From positions 1-64,000 of IMG/VR virus record IMGVR_UViG_3300030376_002891: a stretch of DNA of 64,000 bases. One strand, 5' to 3'. The notes under the pieces were generated by a model. That model was not told the DNA's origin. It ran no database searches and was given only the letters and a program-made list of their open reading frames with translations. A program made the position numbers and the translations under genes. Within the stretch, counting starts at the first letter, position 1. Each line of letters begins with the position of its first letter. This document shows, piece after piece, positions 50,401 through 59,478 of this stretch. Origin of the DNA: an uncultured virus (IMG/VR IMGVR_UViG_3300030376_002891). Its lineage: Duplodnaviria; Heunggongvirae; Uroviricota; Caudoviricetes.

Positions 50401-51564
50401 CACGGTGGTTACGGTTCACACGGTCAACAAGGTACTGGTTATGACGGTGCTCCTGGTATGGCAATGACACCTGACGGACTAGAAGATGTACACTTTATCA
50501 AAATCGCAACGAAAACTATGAACGAAGATTCAACACATACTCCTTGCGGATTAACAGATGATGGAGATGTATATACTTGGGGTTACAATGGTTACGGTGA
50601 AGTCGGAGACGGTAGAACAGATAACGCATACGGTCCTAAGAGAATATCCAGAGAATTCTTTAATGACGAAAAAATTATTGATATTTTAGCAACTGGTGGA
50701 GATAGTACTTCATTCTATGCTAGAACATCACAAGACAACATTTACGGTTGGGGAAGAAACAACATCGGTCAATTAGGTGATACAACTACTACTGACAAAT
50801 ACAGACCTGTATTAATGTCTGGCTTTAATGCTTCAGACAATGGTGGTATCGCTGTATGGCAAGGTGACGCTCACTCATCTAATTCTGCTTTCTATGTACT
50901 AGACGGAAACGGATTTATTTGGGCGACTGGTTACAATGGATATGGTAACTTTGTAGATAACTCAACAACAAATAGAACACAATTAACTCAATCTACTGCT
51001 TCTCCTAATGGAGATATAGCAGACTTCTGGACAATGTTCTGGAATGGATATCATACAACATTTATGAGATTGAAAAATGGTGAAACTTGGACTGCTGGAC
51101 ATAGTGGTGGATACTACAACTCTGGTGATGGTGGAACTGGAACAAACCAGGCACCTGTACAAGTAGATAAGATAACTAACCTAAAAGAAGTTTGTATATG
51201 TAATACATATTCAGACCAAGGTAGAAGTTATTGGTTAACAGATAATGGTGAATTCTTTAGTCAAGGCCGTGATGTATACGGTTCTATGCCTAATCCTGTT
51301 GCTGGAGATAACTGGAATGGTGAAGATGGAACATACAAACCTTTCCACGCTTTCGTACCTGCAGGAACTAGAATTAGAACAATGTGTATTCAAGGTATTG
51401 ACCAATCAACTAACTATTACGGACTTCAACCAATGGTTGGAACAGAGGATGGCCAAGTATTACTTTGGGGCTATTCTAATAACAATAACCTAGGACACCA
51501 CGCAACTGCAACTTGGTCAAGTACAGGAAGAGCAATGATGTGGAATGCTGGTATTGGTAGATAA
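47461..51564 (+). CDS. RCC1-repeat virion protein B with cupredoxin-like domain
   Basis: WGYNGYGEVG and WGRNNIGQLG repeats; EGKTYKFDQSD..GH..YIYCNAHSGMG. Confidence 0.85.
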   Translation: MAKINLGRIKLQFQGEYNKDQQYRRDDIVYHNNAMWIMKQEYFADGSSAYAPGTKIFGYNPKDYTGDFWSNDPNYNGVDSVFRYTQYWTENERRGETQRTDRDGNPITKNSTYGSNEDGANEIRHDYIDSSMGTVVRHQQHLMNEYDAMFQACEDDYDQLDTYNHYEQNYFKYHYMPVHNSFVVEVNVSGGVPDFKIDNRLGNNTKGREFEGYRNWENFKEGHTYRFSQDKPNNKYYPLGFSYTADGIHNAGDTGKSLGMDPDGPYYVKGTASNGDSGFFSPMYKTEAAAIAEDTRRGGAGAAHKLTFDQGDVPGWETEASPSLQGHLHTDGTQLKDTVVSQLIDDSGNTYLQVSNAWAGTTAGGVSSHARKTIYINTGDSTEFHGQTGSTYSYVYIQGALKTGSNISAVITQQRDNTTTANDSAGRKILLVNGKPVYQLVAEASTTTVGGISGAYQAIDKTGAGSTTALGLNPVSNENKVDLYMPKLTDPTANVERTMQVSVANPGSGNKYYIDGVLPTVNTMKLEEGKTYKFDQSDSTNAGHWLKLSTTSDGTHGGGSEYTAGVTYVGTPGNPGAYTEIKLRSGVAKLYIYCNAHSGMGQEAETYDVSTNLGKTYAPGNIKKWQGYNKNGWVKYYLNSIQVDENTYIETFFNDNNTKDRNYPRTMPNGKVKGGNKFTFEHQAGRYVEITIPYQTTQSDAESTIIYPFCLEPTTTARQTSGMYNDFGWTIEKSWRGYRHWDKVQSSMRFRGEYSPNTQYNYNDIVSYKPIKRISTGEKFMKHGTGLYRCLRDNRGRPPQHGFQEPTRSPLMTKSTVTSGRLTGRGEHEQNNETGKNYPAHIQSYHNCWESWAGMNNQEQGAGVWFPNKGPIGWPYKHGHSSGANIYRCHMYIDKNGAVWSIGHGSDSANMEQGRSSSYFREVTFRWRDFYNSENRNEGGYNERRSSKWTRYDRMRTPRAIQIEMGYSFTMILFDNGQVFHGGYGSHGQQGTGYDGAPGMAMTPDGLEDVHFIKIATKTMNEDSTHTPCGLTDDGDVYTWGYNGYGEVGDGRTDNAYGPKRISREFFNDEKIIDILATGGDSTSFYARTSQDNIYGWGRNNIGQLGDTTTTDKYRPVLMSGFNASDNGGIAVWQGDAHSSNSAFYVLDGNGFIWATGYNGYGNFVDNSTTNRTQLTQSTASPNGDIADFWTMFWNGYHTTFMRLKNGETWTAGHSGGYYNSGDGGTGTNQAPVQVDKITNLKEVCICNTYSDQGRSYWLTDNGEFFSQGRDVYGSMPNPVAGDNWNGEDGTYKPFHAFVPAGTRIRTMCIQGIDQSTNYYGLQPMVGTEDGQVLLWGYSNNNNLGHHATATWSSTGRAMMWNAGIGR

Positions 51565-51572
51565 TATAAATA
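51565..51572 (+). promoter_or_regulatory. T4-type late promoter
   Basis: TATAAATA. Confidence 0.75.
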
Positions 51573-51608
51573 GAAGTATAACTTAAAAGGAAAACGGAGA
51601 AAAAACAA

Positions 51609-51998
51609 ATGGCAAAAGTAATTTATTCAATGACAGCTGGCGTACCTCACGGTGACGACTATGTTGCTCCTACAGGTGATACGCCAATCAGTTTAGGTGA
51701 AGTAAGTGGAAAAACTTACTTTTCAATTGATGATGGTAATACTACTATCACAACTGATGGTGCAAATGATTCTGTATACGGAGTAAGTATCGTAACCGAC
51801 GCTGACGAAAAAGCTGCGCTTAAGGCTTCTTCAAATTATGTTGAACAAGGTTTAAGTAATTTAGACAACGAATTTCTAACAGGAAAGTCAATGATAGACT
51901 TATTAGCAGATGTGGCAGATGACACTTCAGCTACTAAAACTTCAATCGCTGACCATAAGACTGCAAAAGCTGCTTTCTTATCTAACTTAGGATTCTAA
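51609..51998 (+). CDS. Hypothetical (possible fibre chaperone/accessory)
   Basis: GGAG RBS, late promoter, located between RCC1 genes. Confidence 0.7.
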   Translation: MAKVIYSMTAGVPHGDDYVAPTGDTPISLGEVSGKTYFSIDDGNTTITTDGANDSVYGVSIVTDADEKAALKASSNYVEQGLSNLDNEFLTGKSMIDLLADVADDTSATKTSIADHKTAKAAFLSNLGF

Positions 51999-52030
51999 AG
52001 AAAATTTAACAAAAAGAAGGTAATAGCGAT

Positions 52031-54226
52031 ATGGCACTAGATATACAAAACTTTAAAGTAACCTGGAAAGGTAACTGGAAAGATAAAGAGAAGTATTATA
52101 AAAATGATATAGTTTACTGGAGAGGAAAGTCTTACAGATGTATAGAAGAAACACCTGATAACTTTACTATCTCTTCTGAAGCTATGATTAATACGAACTC
52201 TTATGGCCAATATCAGCCTACGGTTGTTAGACGGTCATATAGACCTGACAACAATAGATACTGGACGCTATTGCTTGCAGGTAACGATAACATTGAGACT
52301 TGGCAGTTTTGGAGACAATACGAAAGAGGCGAAATGGTTAAAGTTGCTGACAAGATTTATCTTTGTTTGAGAAAAACAAGATATTGTAATACTTGGGTAG
52401 AAGAACACGATGGAACTCCATCAAAATATTGGGTACTTGTTTACATAAACGAAAACAAGTGGTGTACAAGAAACGAAGTTGTATCTTTTAACAACCGTGC
52501 TCCGTTAGGTTGGAAATACAATATGGGTTCAGATACAGCACACAGCTGGGACCAAAACTATAGAACTTGTACATTATGCTCAGATGGTTCTGATATGTGG
52601 GTTGGTTCTTCTGATGGTACAGGTTCATCTGGATTAGGTGATGGTACTGCTGGAAATGACGAACCAGGAAAACACTTTTCTACAGGTTTCACATTTACTG
52701 ATTGGATGGCTTCTACAGACAACCAATCTTGGAATATTAATGCTACAGGTAGAATGACTACACCTGATGGTAAAGCACCTAGAGTAATACAAGTTAGAAA
52801 AAATCAAAATAGAACTTTCTGGTTAATGAACAATGGTGAAGTTTACGCCGCTGGTGAAAATGGAAACTACGGTTTAGGAAATTCAGAAACTTCTGACAGA
52901 AATTATGCTGTAAGGGTTACTGCTAATGATACACAAGATTGGCAAGGTAACACTATAGGCAAAACATTCAATCAAACTAAAATGGTTAAAGTCGGTATGT
53001 CCGACGCCGGACACGATAGTGGAACATCATCTTGTTTCTCACTAGGCGATGATGGTTCAGTATGGGTTTGGGGTTACAATAACAACGGTCAATTAGGACT
53101 AGGTAATCCAGGAATAAACAATTCAACAGACGCTTCTGGTGGTCCAACAAGTACTGCTTTCTATAGTGCCAATGTGACCAGACCAGTTAGATTACCTCAA
53201 TCATATTTTGACGGAAGACAAATTGTTGATATGTGGGTATCAGGTTCAGAAGAAGCTTGGTTCCATTGTTTAGACGAACAAGGTCAATTATGGGGTTGGG
53301 GACATAACCAACACGGTGAATTAGGAGTAGGTAACAGAAATGGCACTTACTACTACACATTCCCAACAAGAATTGGTATTAACTGGAACAGATACGGCGG
53401 AATTAAAATGTATCAAACAACTCACTCAAATGGTGGACACTCTTGTACACACATTTTAGATGGTGAAGGATATATGTGGTTCACAGGTTATACAACTTCA
53501 GGCGCTTGGCCGATTGGTTCTCCTGGTTATACAGGAACACACCACATTGGTTCATTCAGAAGAGAAGGTCACTTCTTAAATGGTGATATTGATTACTTCT
53601 GGTGCGGTGGAGATGAAAACAAATGGTTATATATCAGACAAAAAACTACTGGTATGTTATGGGTCCACGATGGTAACTACGGAACAGATGGTGGTCGTGG
53701 TCAATCAGTTGAGTCCAATGGATATTGGTATCAATCAGGTGGTCACCCAGGAAGTTTCTTACATATGAAAGGTCCTAAATGGGCAGTCAATGTATGTGAT
53801 GTAGGTATGAGTAGAGCTGATGGTTCTTATATGTACTCTTTCCCAATGATACTTGATGACGAAGGTTTAATTTGGGGTGGTGCTCCATATTCAAACAATG
53901 AACACGGTTTAGGTGGAGATTCATCTAATAGTGACCAATGGACAAACGGTGGTAGAAACGATACACAAGGTGCAATGGAAGACAATGAAATGTTTAGAAC
54001 AAGAAAAAGAATTGTATTCCAACCTGCCGGTGGACATAGATGGACAGATTTATTCTATTCAGGAACTGGTTCTTCAAATATACCAAGAGCTCTTAACCAA
54101 AGAGGTCAAGTATACTGGACTGGTTATGACGGAAGTACTTCGGTAACTCAACACTACGATTATTATTCAGAAGGTGCTGATAGTAACCAGGCTCAATACT
54201 TCTTCCACTTGGGTCCTAGAGACTAA
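52031..54226 (+). CDS. RCC1-repeat virion protein C
   Basis: GENGNYGLG, WGYNNNGQLG, WGHNQHGELG. Confidence 0.85.
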   Translation: MALDIQNFKVTWKGNWKDKEKYYKNDIVYWRGKSYRCIEETPDNFTISSEAMINTNSYGQYQPTVVRRSYRPDNNRYWTLLLAGNDNIETWQFWRQYERGEMVKVADKIYLCLRKTRYCNTWVEEHDGTPSKYWVLVYINENKWCTRNEVVSFNNRAPLGWKYNMGSDTAHSWDQNYRTCTLCSDGSDMWVGSSDGTGSSGLGDGTAGNDEPGKHFSTGFTFTDWMASTDNQSWNINATGRMTTPDGKAPRVIQVRKNQNRTFWLMNNGEVYAAGENGNYGLGNSETSDRNYAVRVTANDTQDWQGNTIGKTFNQTKMVKVGMSDAGHDSGTSSCFSLGDDGSVWVWGYNNNGQLGLGNPGINNSTDASGGPTSTAFYSANVTRPVRLPQSYFDGRQIVDMWVSGSEEAWFHCLDEQGQLWGWGHNQHGELGVGNRNGTYYYTFPTRIGINWNRYGGIKMYQTTHSNGGHSCTHILDGEGYMWFTGYTTSGAWPIGSPGYTGTHHIGSFRREGHFLNGDIDYFWCGGDENKWLYIRQKTTGMLWVHDGNYGTDGGRGQSVESNGYWYQSGGHPGSFLHMKGPKWAVNVCDVGMSRADGSYMYSFPMILDDEGLIWGGAPYSNNEHGLGGDSSNSDQWTNGGRNDTQGAMEDNEMFRTRKRIVFQPAGGHRWTDLFYSGTGSSNIPRALNQRGQVYWTGYDGSTSVTQHYDYYSEGADSNQAQYFFHLGPRD

Positions 54227-54234
54227 TATAAATA
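54227..54234 (+). promoter_or_regulatory. T4-type late promoter in front of the heme/bilin cassette
   Basis: TATAAATA followed by hairpin AAGACTT-aat-AAGTCTT (54245-54261). Confidence 0.7.
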
Positions 54235-54285
54235 ATTATACAATAAGACTTAATAAGTCTTTTACATTAAACAATTGAGGTGAAA

Positions 54286-55065
54286 ATGCAGGAAGTAGAA
54301 AAGTTTGTAGAACTGGCTCGTAAGAAGTTTGATTCACAACCATTCATAGAAGACTATCTAAATAAAAAACTTAAATACAAAGAACTTGTTGGTACATACT
54401 TGTACAATCAATGGGTCTATACTTGTCAAATAGAAGGACTATGCAAAGACGCAGGTCTACTTGAAGACATAAAAGAAATTTGTATTAAAGAAAATCTAGC
54501 AGAAGCGTGGAAAGCAGAATGGCCTTATGACGCTGACGATATATCAAAACCTTGGGTAGAACCATCTGTAATGTACGCAACGCAAAGTTGGTGTGATGAG
54601 ATACACAAGATAAAAGAAAATAAAGATTTATTACTTGCACATTTATATGCTTCGCATAGTGAGATAATGGTTAATCAAGGCACTTCTGTCCTCAAAGAAA
54701 GACTTACAAAAAAATTTGAAGAAGCATATAAGAATAACGCTGACGCAATGTTAGAAGTTGTTAAGTTATCTTGGGACTTTAAAATTAATCTCGCACACGA
54801 TTTAGAAGCACACAAAGACCATATGGAAGAAGTCTTACCTAGAATTGCAATGTTTAAAATTGCAGCCAAAGAGATTAGTGAAGATAAAAGTGGTATCAAT
54901 GATTTATCTGCTGGCGCTAGAGACGAGGCAGAAGATAATAGAATAAGAGCAGAATTGATGGCAAACCAAGTGTGGGTTAAAGAAATGGATGTCAATGATG
55001 TACCTGAAGAATATAAAGCAGATGTACAAGCAGAATTGAAAAAACGAGAAGTTGCTAATAAATGA
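54286..55065 (+). CDS. Degenerate heme-oxygenase-fold protein
   Basis: YLYNQW.Y..IE and LLAHLYASH parallel YLFNQH.Y..LE and IAAHIYVRH of the downstream HO; lacks the GDLSGG motif. Confidence 0.6.
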   Translation: MQEVEKFVELARKKFDSQPFIEDYLNKKLKYKELVGTYLYNQWVYTCQIEGLCKDAGLLEDIKEICIKENLAEAWKAEWPYDADDISKPWVEPSVMYATQSWCDEIHKIKENKDLLLAHLYASHSEIMVNQGTSVLKERLTKKFEEAYKNNADAMLEVVKLSWDFKINLAHDLEAHKDHMEEVLPRIAMFKIAAKEISEDKSGINDLSAGARDEAEDNRIRAELMANQVWVKEMDVNDVPEEYKADVQAELKKREVANK

Positions 55066-55721
55066 AAACATTAAAAGAACTTACTTGGGAACATCACAAA
55101 GAAGCAGAAAGACAACACTTTGTTAAAGTATTAATGTCAGGTAAAATATTAGAAGAAGTCTACGCTGTTTATCTATTCAATCAACATCAAGCATATAACA
55201 TATTAGAAGCGATAGCAATGTCGGAAGGTTTCTTTGATGATATGCCACAATTAAGAAGAGCACCTGAAATAAAAAAAGACTTTGATGAATTGTGGACTTG
55301 GAATCATCAACCTTGGTTGTGTGAAAGTACAAAGAGATATGTTTATCATTGTCAAAATGAATTGATGGACTCTCCTGAAAAAATAGCTGCACACATATAT
55401 GTTAGACATATGGGAGACTTATCTGGTGGTCAAATGATTAAAAGAAAAACACCAGGTAGTAATAAATATTACGATTTCAATTTTAAAAAAATTGATGATG
55501 GAGTACAAAGATATAAAAGTGTACAAGAACTAAAAGACGCATTAAGATTAAAAGTGGATAGTTATCAAAAGTATTCAGACGCAAGTACACTAACAGAAAA
55601 TGTAAATAATGTTGTATACGAAGCAAGAGTTTGTTTTAGTTTTGCAACAGAATTATTTAAAGAAATGATGAGTTTTATTAAAAATAATGAAAAGAGGTTT
55701 GGCGATGGAACGAAGAAGTAG
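55062..55721 (+). CDS. hemO: Heme oxygenase
   Basis: LKELTWEHHKEAE (proximal His), AHIYVRHMGDLSGGQMI, EARVCF. Confidence 0.95.
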   Translation: MKTLKELTWEHHKEAERQHFVKVLMSGKILEEVYAVYLFNQHQAYNILEAIAMSEGFFDDMPQLRRAPEIKKDFDELWTWNHQPWLCESTKRYVYHCQNELMDSPEKIAAHIYVRHMGDLSGGQMIKRKTPGSNKYYDFNFKKIDDGVQRYKSVQELKDALRLKVDSYQKYSDASTLTENVNNVVYEARVCFSFATELFKEMMSFIKNNEKRFGDGTKK

Positions 55722-56406
55722 AATATGGGAAATGCTAGAGCAACACACTCATAGCATTATTGCAAATTTTGAAAGAGAAGGTGAAGAAATATTTGAACCT
55801 ACAATGAAGAAGTTTAATAGACCAGAACAAGGTTGGGTCAATAGAGTATGGGCAACACCAGAGGCAAGAAGATGTCATTTAGATGTTGTTGACGCTAGAG
55901 ACGAAAAAGGTTTATATATGTTTCATTGTTGTGTATTTCCTAAACTTACAAGTACTGCGCCAATATATGGATTAGATGTAATCGCTGGTGCAAAAAAGGT
56001 TACAGGTTTCTTCCACGACTTTTCGCCACTTGCAAAGAAAGACCACTCAATGGTAGATTGGTTTGTAAAAGAAGCAAGTCTTTATACACCATCAAAACCT
56101 AGACCATTACCTGATTGGGCAATGAAAATTTTTAGTCCAGGTATGATTGCAGCTGGTAATATTAATACAGAAAAAGAATTGACACAAGCATTAAGTATGG
56201 CACAATCTAACTTAGGAGTTTATTTCACTTTATTAAGAAGAGAAAAAGAACAAGGAGATATACAGGAAATAAAAGACGCACAAAATAGATACGCAAAACA
56301 TCAACGAGAAAATCCTCATACTCCTAGAGTTATGTTAAGTTTAGGATTGCCAGAAGATGATGTTAAAGAGTTTTGTTCAGACGCCTTATTCCCATATGTA
56401 GAATAA
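55705..56406 (+). CDS. pcyX: Ferredoxin-dependent bilin reductase, PcyX/PcyA-type
   Basis: RRCHLDVVD, MFHCCVFP, PIYGLDVIAG, FHDFSP, LPDWA..IFS, Q..NPHT; lies between hemO and hemA. Confidence 0.82.
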   Translation: MERRSRIWEMLEQHTHSIIANFEREGEEIFEPTMKKFNRPEQGWVNRVWATPEARRCHLDVVDARDEKGLYMFHCCVFPKLTSTAPIYGLDVIAGAKKVTGFFHDFSPLAKKDHSMVDWFVKEASLYTPSKPRPLPDWAMKIFSPGMIAAGNINTEKELTQALSMAQSNLGVYFTLLRREKEQGDIQEIKDAQNRYAKHQRENPHTPRVMLSLGLPEDDVKEFCSDALFPYVE

Positions 56407-57599
56407 TGGAACATTTAGACAAATTTAAGGCAGTAATAAAAGATTTAAAAGATGACGGTAGATACCGTGTCTTCAATGATATTCTACGAACTAGAGGCGA
56501 TTATCCTAACGCAATCTGGTATTCAAAATACTCAATCAAAAAAATAGTTAACTGGTGTTCAAATGATTATCTAGGTATGGGACAACACTCTTATGTGCTA
56601 GATAGTATGAAAACAGCACTGGAGACGAGCGGAGCGGGCGCTGGAGGGACGAGAAACATATCCGGCACTACTCACTATCACATTGCTTTAGAACACGAAT
56701 TAACTCAATTACACAAGAAAGAAAGTGCGTTATTATTCACTTCAGCATACAATGCTAATCAAACAACTTTAGAAACAATGGGCAAGATTATGCCTGACTT
56801 GTTGTTTATATCAGACGCACAAAATCACTCTTCAATCATACAAGGTTTAAGGCATAGTAAATGTAGAAAAGAAATATTTAAACATAATGATGTACAAGAT
56901 TTAGAAAGTATATTAATGTCTAACCCAGGACCTAAATGTGTTGTATTTGAAAGTGTATATTCTATGGACGGTGATATTGCACCTGTAAAAGAAATTGTTG
57001 AAGTATGTAAAAAATATAATGCAATAACTTTTATAGATGAAGTACACGCTGTTGGTCTTTACGGTCCTACAGGTGCTGGTATTTGTGAGAGAGACGGTAT
57101 TGAAGTAGATATTATTAACGGAACATTAGCCAAGGCCTACGGTGTACAAGGTGGATACATTGCAGGAAAGAGAGAGTTTATAGACGCAATAAGAAGTATG
57201 GCAAGTGCGTTTATATTTACAACTAGTTTATCTCCAGTATTATGCGCTGGTGCATTGACTAGTATAAAATATGTCAAAGACCATCCTGAATTAAGAATGA
57301 AATTACAGGAGAGAGCATTAAAAACAAAAGAAGAACTTGAAAGAATAGGTATAGAAGTGATGAAAAACGATAGTCATATTGTACCTGTAATTATAGGTGA
57401 CGCTAAAAAATGTAAAGCAGTTTCAGATGAATTACTTTACAAAAATGGTATCTATGTTCAACCAATTAATTATCCTACGGTTGCTGTTGGTACTGAAAGA
57501 TTAAGATTTACTCCAACACCATTTCATACAGACGCAATGATATTTGATATGGTAGTTAAAGTAAAATCTGCTATGAGAAGATGTGGCAATAAGAAATGA
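56406..57599 (+). CDS. hemA: 5-aminolevulinate synthase (C4/Shemin pathway)
   Basis: WCSNDYLGMG, GAGAGGTRNISG, DEVHAVGLYG, PLP lysine GTLAKAYG, INYPTV..GTERLR.TPTP.H. Confidence 0.96.
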   Translation: MEHLDKFKAVIKDLKDDGRYRVFNDILRTRGDYPNAIWYSKYSIKKIVNWCSNDYLGMGQHSYVLDSMKTALETSGAGAGGTRNISGTTHYHIALEHELTQLHKKESALLFTSAYNANQTTLETMGKIMPDLLFISDAQNHSSIIQGLRHSKCRKEIFKHNDVQDLESILMSNPGPKCVVFESVYSMDGDIAPVKEIVEVCKKYNAITFIDEVHAVGLYGPTGAGICERDGIEVDIINGTLAKAYGVQGGYIAGKREFIDAIRSMASAFIFTTSLSPVLCAGALTSIKYVKDHPELRMKLQERALKTKEELERIGIEVMKNDSHIVPVIIGDAKKCKAVSDELLYKNGIYVQPINYPTVAVGTERLRFTPTPFHTDAMIFDMVVKVKSAMRRCGNKK

Positions 57600-57790
57600 A
57601 TATAACAGAAGAGATTGATTGGTTAATTGTTGATGGTGCAAACGGATTAGAAATCTTATGGTTTATGTTAAAACACGAACCATTTTTACAAGGACTCATA
57701 GTTTTCGGCATATTGTTAGTGATATTGTGTTGGTATTTAGATAAAAAAGACGATAAAGACACGAAATGGGATTGCGACCCTCACGGATAA
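57596..57790 (+). CDS. Small membrane protein
   Basis: One TM segment, ATGA-coupled to hemA. Confidence 0.55.
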   Translation: MNITEEIDWLIVDGANGLEILWFMLKHEPFLQGLIVFGILLVILCWYLDKKDDKDTKWDCDPHG

Positions 57791-57791
57791 T

Positions 57792-57799
57792 TATAAATA
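57792..57799 (+). promoter_or_regulatory. T4-type late promoter
   Basis: TATAAATA. Confidence 0.75.
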
Positions 57800-57824
57800 T
57801 TGCTAAAAGATAAAGGAAATAACT

Positions 57825-58631
57825 ATGGCTCAACCTAATACAAGACAGACACTTATCGCATATGCTAAACGAGCATTAGGGCATCCTGTTATTGAGATTA
57901 ATGTAGATGATGACCAAATAGATGATAGAGTTGACGAAGCACTACAATACTATCAACAATATCACTATGACGGTATCAAAAGAGTATACTTAAAATACGA
58001 ATACACTCAAACAGACAAAACTAGAATACTAGCAGATAGCTCAGAAGGTGCAACAAAAAATTCTGTAACCACAACTTGGAAATCAGGCAACAACTATATC
58101 GTTGTACCTGAAAGTGTAATATCGGTTACAAATATATTTCCTTTTTCTAATAAAGGAAACTTAAACTTATTTGATGTAAGATACCAATTAAGATTAAATG
58201 ACCTTTATGATTTTTCATCTACAAGTGTTATTAACTATGACATTGTGATGAGACAATTAGATTTCCTAGACCATATATTAGTTGGTGAAAAACCATTAAG
58301 ATTTAATCAACACGACAATAGATTATACATTGATATGGACTGGGCAAACGATTTACAAGTCGGTGAGTATCTAGTAATTGACGCATATAGAAAATTAGAC
58401 CCAGACACTTATACAGATGTATATGATGATATATGGTTGAAGAGATACACAACTGCATTAGTAAAAAAACAATGGGGTGCCAACCTATCAAAATTTAATG
58501 GAGTAGCAATGATTGGTGGAGTTACCTTGAACGGACAACAAATTTATTCTGAAGCATTACAAGATGTTGAAAAACTTGAAACTGAAATCAGAAATTCGTT
58601 TGAGTTAAACCCAGCAATGTTAATAGGATAA
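57825..58631 (+). CDS. gp13: Neck protein gp13
   Basis: RALGHPVIEINVDDDQ..; WLKRY.TAL.K.QWG.NL.KF..GGVTLNG. Confidence 0.95.
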   Translation: MAQPNTRQTLIAYAKRALGHPVIEINVDDDQIDDRVDEALQYYQQYHYDGIKRVYLKYEYTQTDKTRILADSSEGATKNSVTTTWKSGNNYIVVPESVISVTNIFPFSNKGNLNLFDVRYQLRLNDLYDFSSTSVINYDIVMRQLDFLDHILVGEKPLRFNQHDNRLYIDMDWANDLQVGEYLVIDAYRKLDPDTYTDVYDDIWLKRYTTALVKKQWGANLSKFNGVAMIGGVTLNGQQIYSEALQDVEKLETEIRNSFELNPAMLIG

Positions 58632-58638
58632 AAATACA

Positions 58639-59478
58639 ATGGCCGTTAATCATTACTTTCAAGGCGGCGATGGCATAGGTAGTCAAAATGAGAAAAGATT
58701 AATAGAAGATTTAATCGTTGAAAATTTAAAAATCTATGGTCACGCTGTTTACTATTTACCTAGGACTCTAGTCAATAGAGATTTAATTTTAGGCGAAGAT
58801 TCTGCGTCTAGGTTTGATGAGTCATATCTAGTTGAAATGTACTTTGAAACGGTTGAAGGATTCCAAGGCGAACAAGAAATAATTAGTAAGTTTGGTTTAG
58901 AAGTTAGAGACGATACAACTTTTGTAATTGCGAAGAGAAGATTCCAAGAACAAGTTGATGACCCAGCAAACTTAATGGTAGATGGTAGACCTAACGAAGG
59001 TGATGTAATTTACTATCCTTTAATGAATAAGTTTTTTGAAGTTGCGTTTGTAGAAGACCAGGAACCTTTCTTTCAATTAGGAAACTTACCTGTCTACAAA
59101 TTAAGATGTAAAACTTTTGAATACTCTAGTGAAGAATTTAATACTGGTGTTTCTGATATTGATACTGCTGATGATAGAAAATCACTTGATACAAGTTTAC
59201 AACATCAATTCAGACTTGAAGATGGTACATTAAATCAATCTTCATACAATGGTTTCTTATTATTAGAAACAGGAGACAAACACGGTAATCCACAATACTT
59301 AATTAATGAAGACTATGATGATATTACTACAGACGGAGACGCCGCTACAAGTATACAAACTAAATCTGTATATGCTGATAATTTGGATTTAGATACTGAA
59401 GCAGGTTTTGATACTGCAACGGTTTCAGATGACATATTAGACTTTACAGAAAGCAACCCATTTGGAGATGTTAAATAA
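58639..59478 (+). CDS. gp14: Neck protein gp14
   Basis: YYLPR..SKFGLEVRD..RPNEGD.IY.P..PFFQLG..FEYSSE..NPFG. Confidence 0.95.
   Translation: MAVNHYFQGGDGIGSQNEKRLIEDLIVENLKIYGHAVYYLPRTLVNRDLILGEDSASRFDESYLVEMYFETVEGFQGEQEIISKFGLEVRDDTTFVIAKRRFQEQVDDPANLMVDGRPNEGDVIYYPLMNKFFEVAFVEDQEPFFQLGNLPVYKLRCKTFEYSSEEFNTGVSDIDTADDRKSLDTSLQHQFRLEDGTLNQSSYNGFLLLETGDKHGNPQYLINEDYDDITTDGDAATSIQTKSVYADNLDLDTEAGFDTATVSDDILDFTESNPFGDVK

Noticed and set aside
55705..56406. Cyanophage identity (pebS/pcyA with ho1)
   Set aside because: The linked C4-pathway hemA is not used by cyanobacteria and no photosynthesis genes are seen; pcyX and an alphaproteobacterial host fit better, though this is unproven
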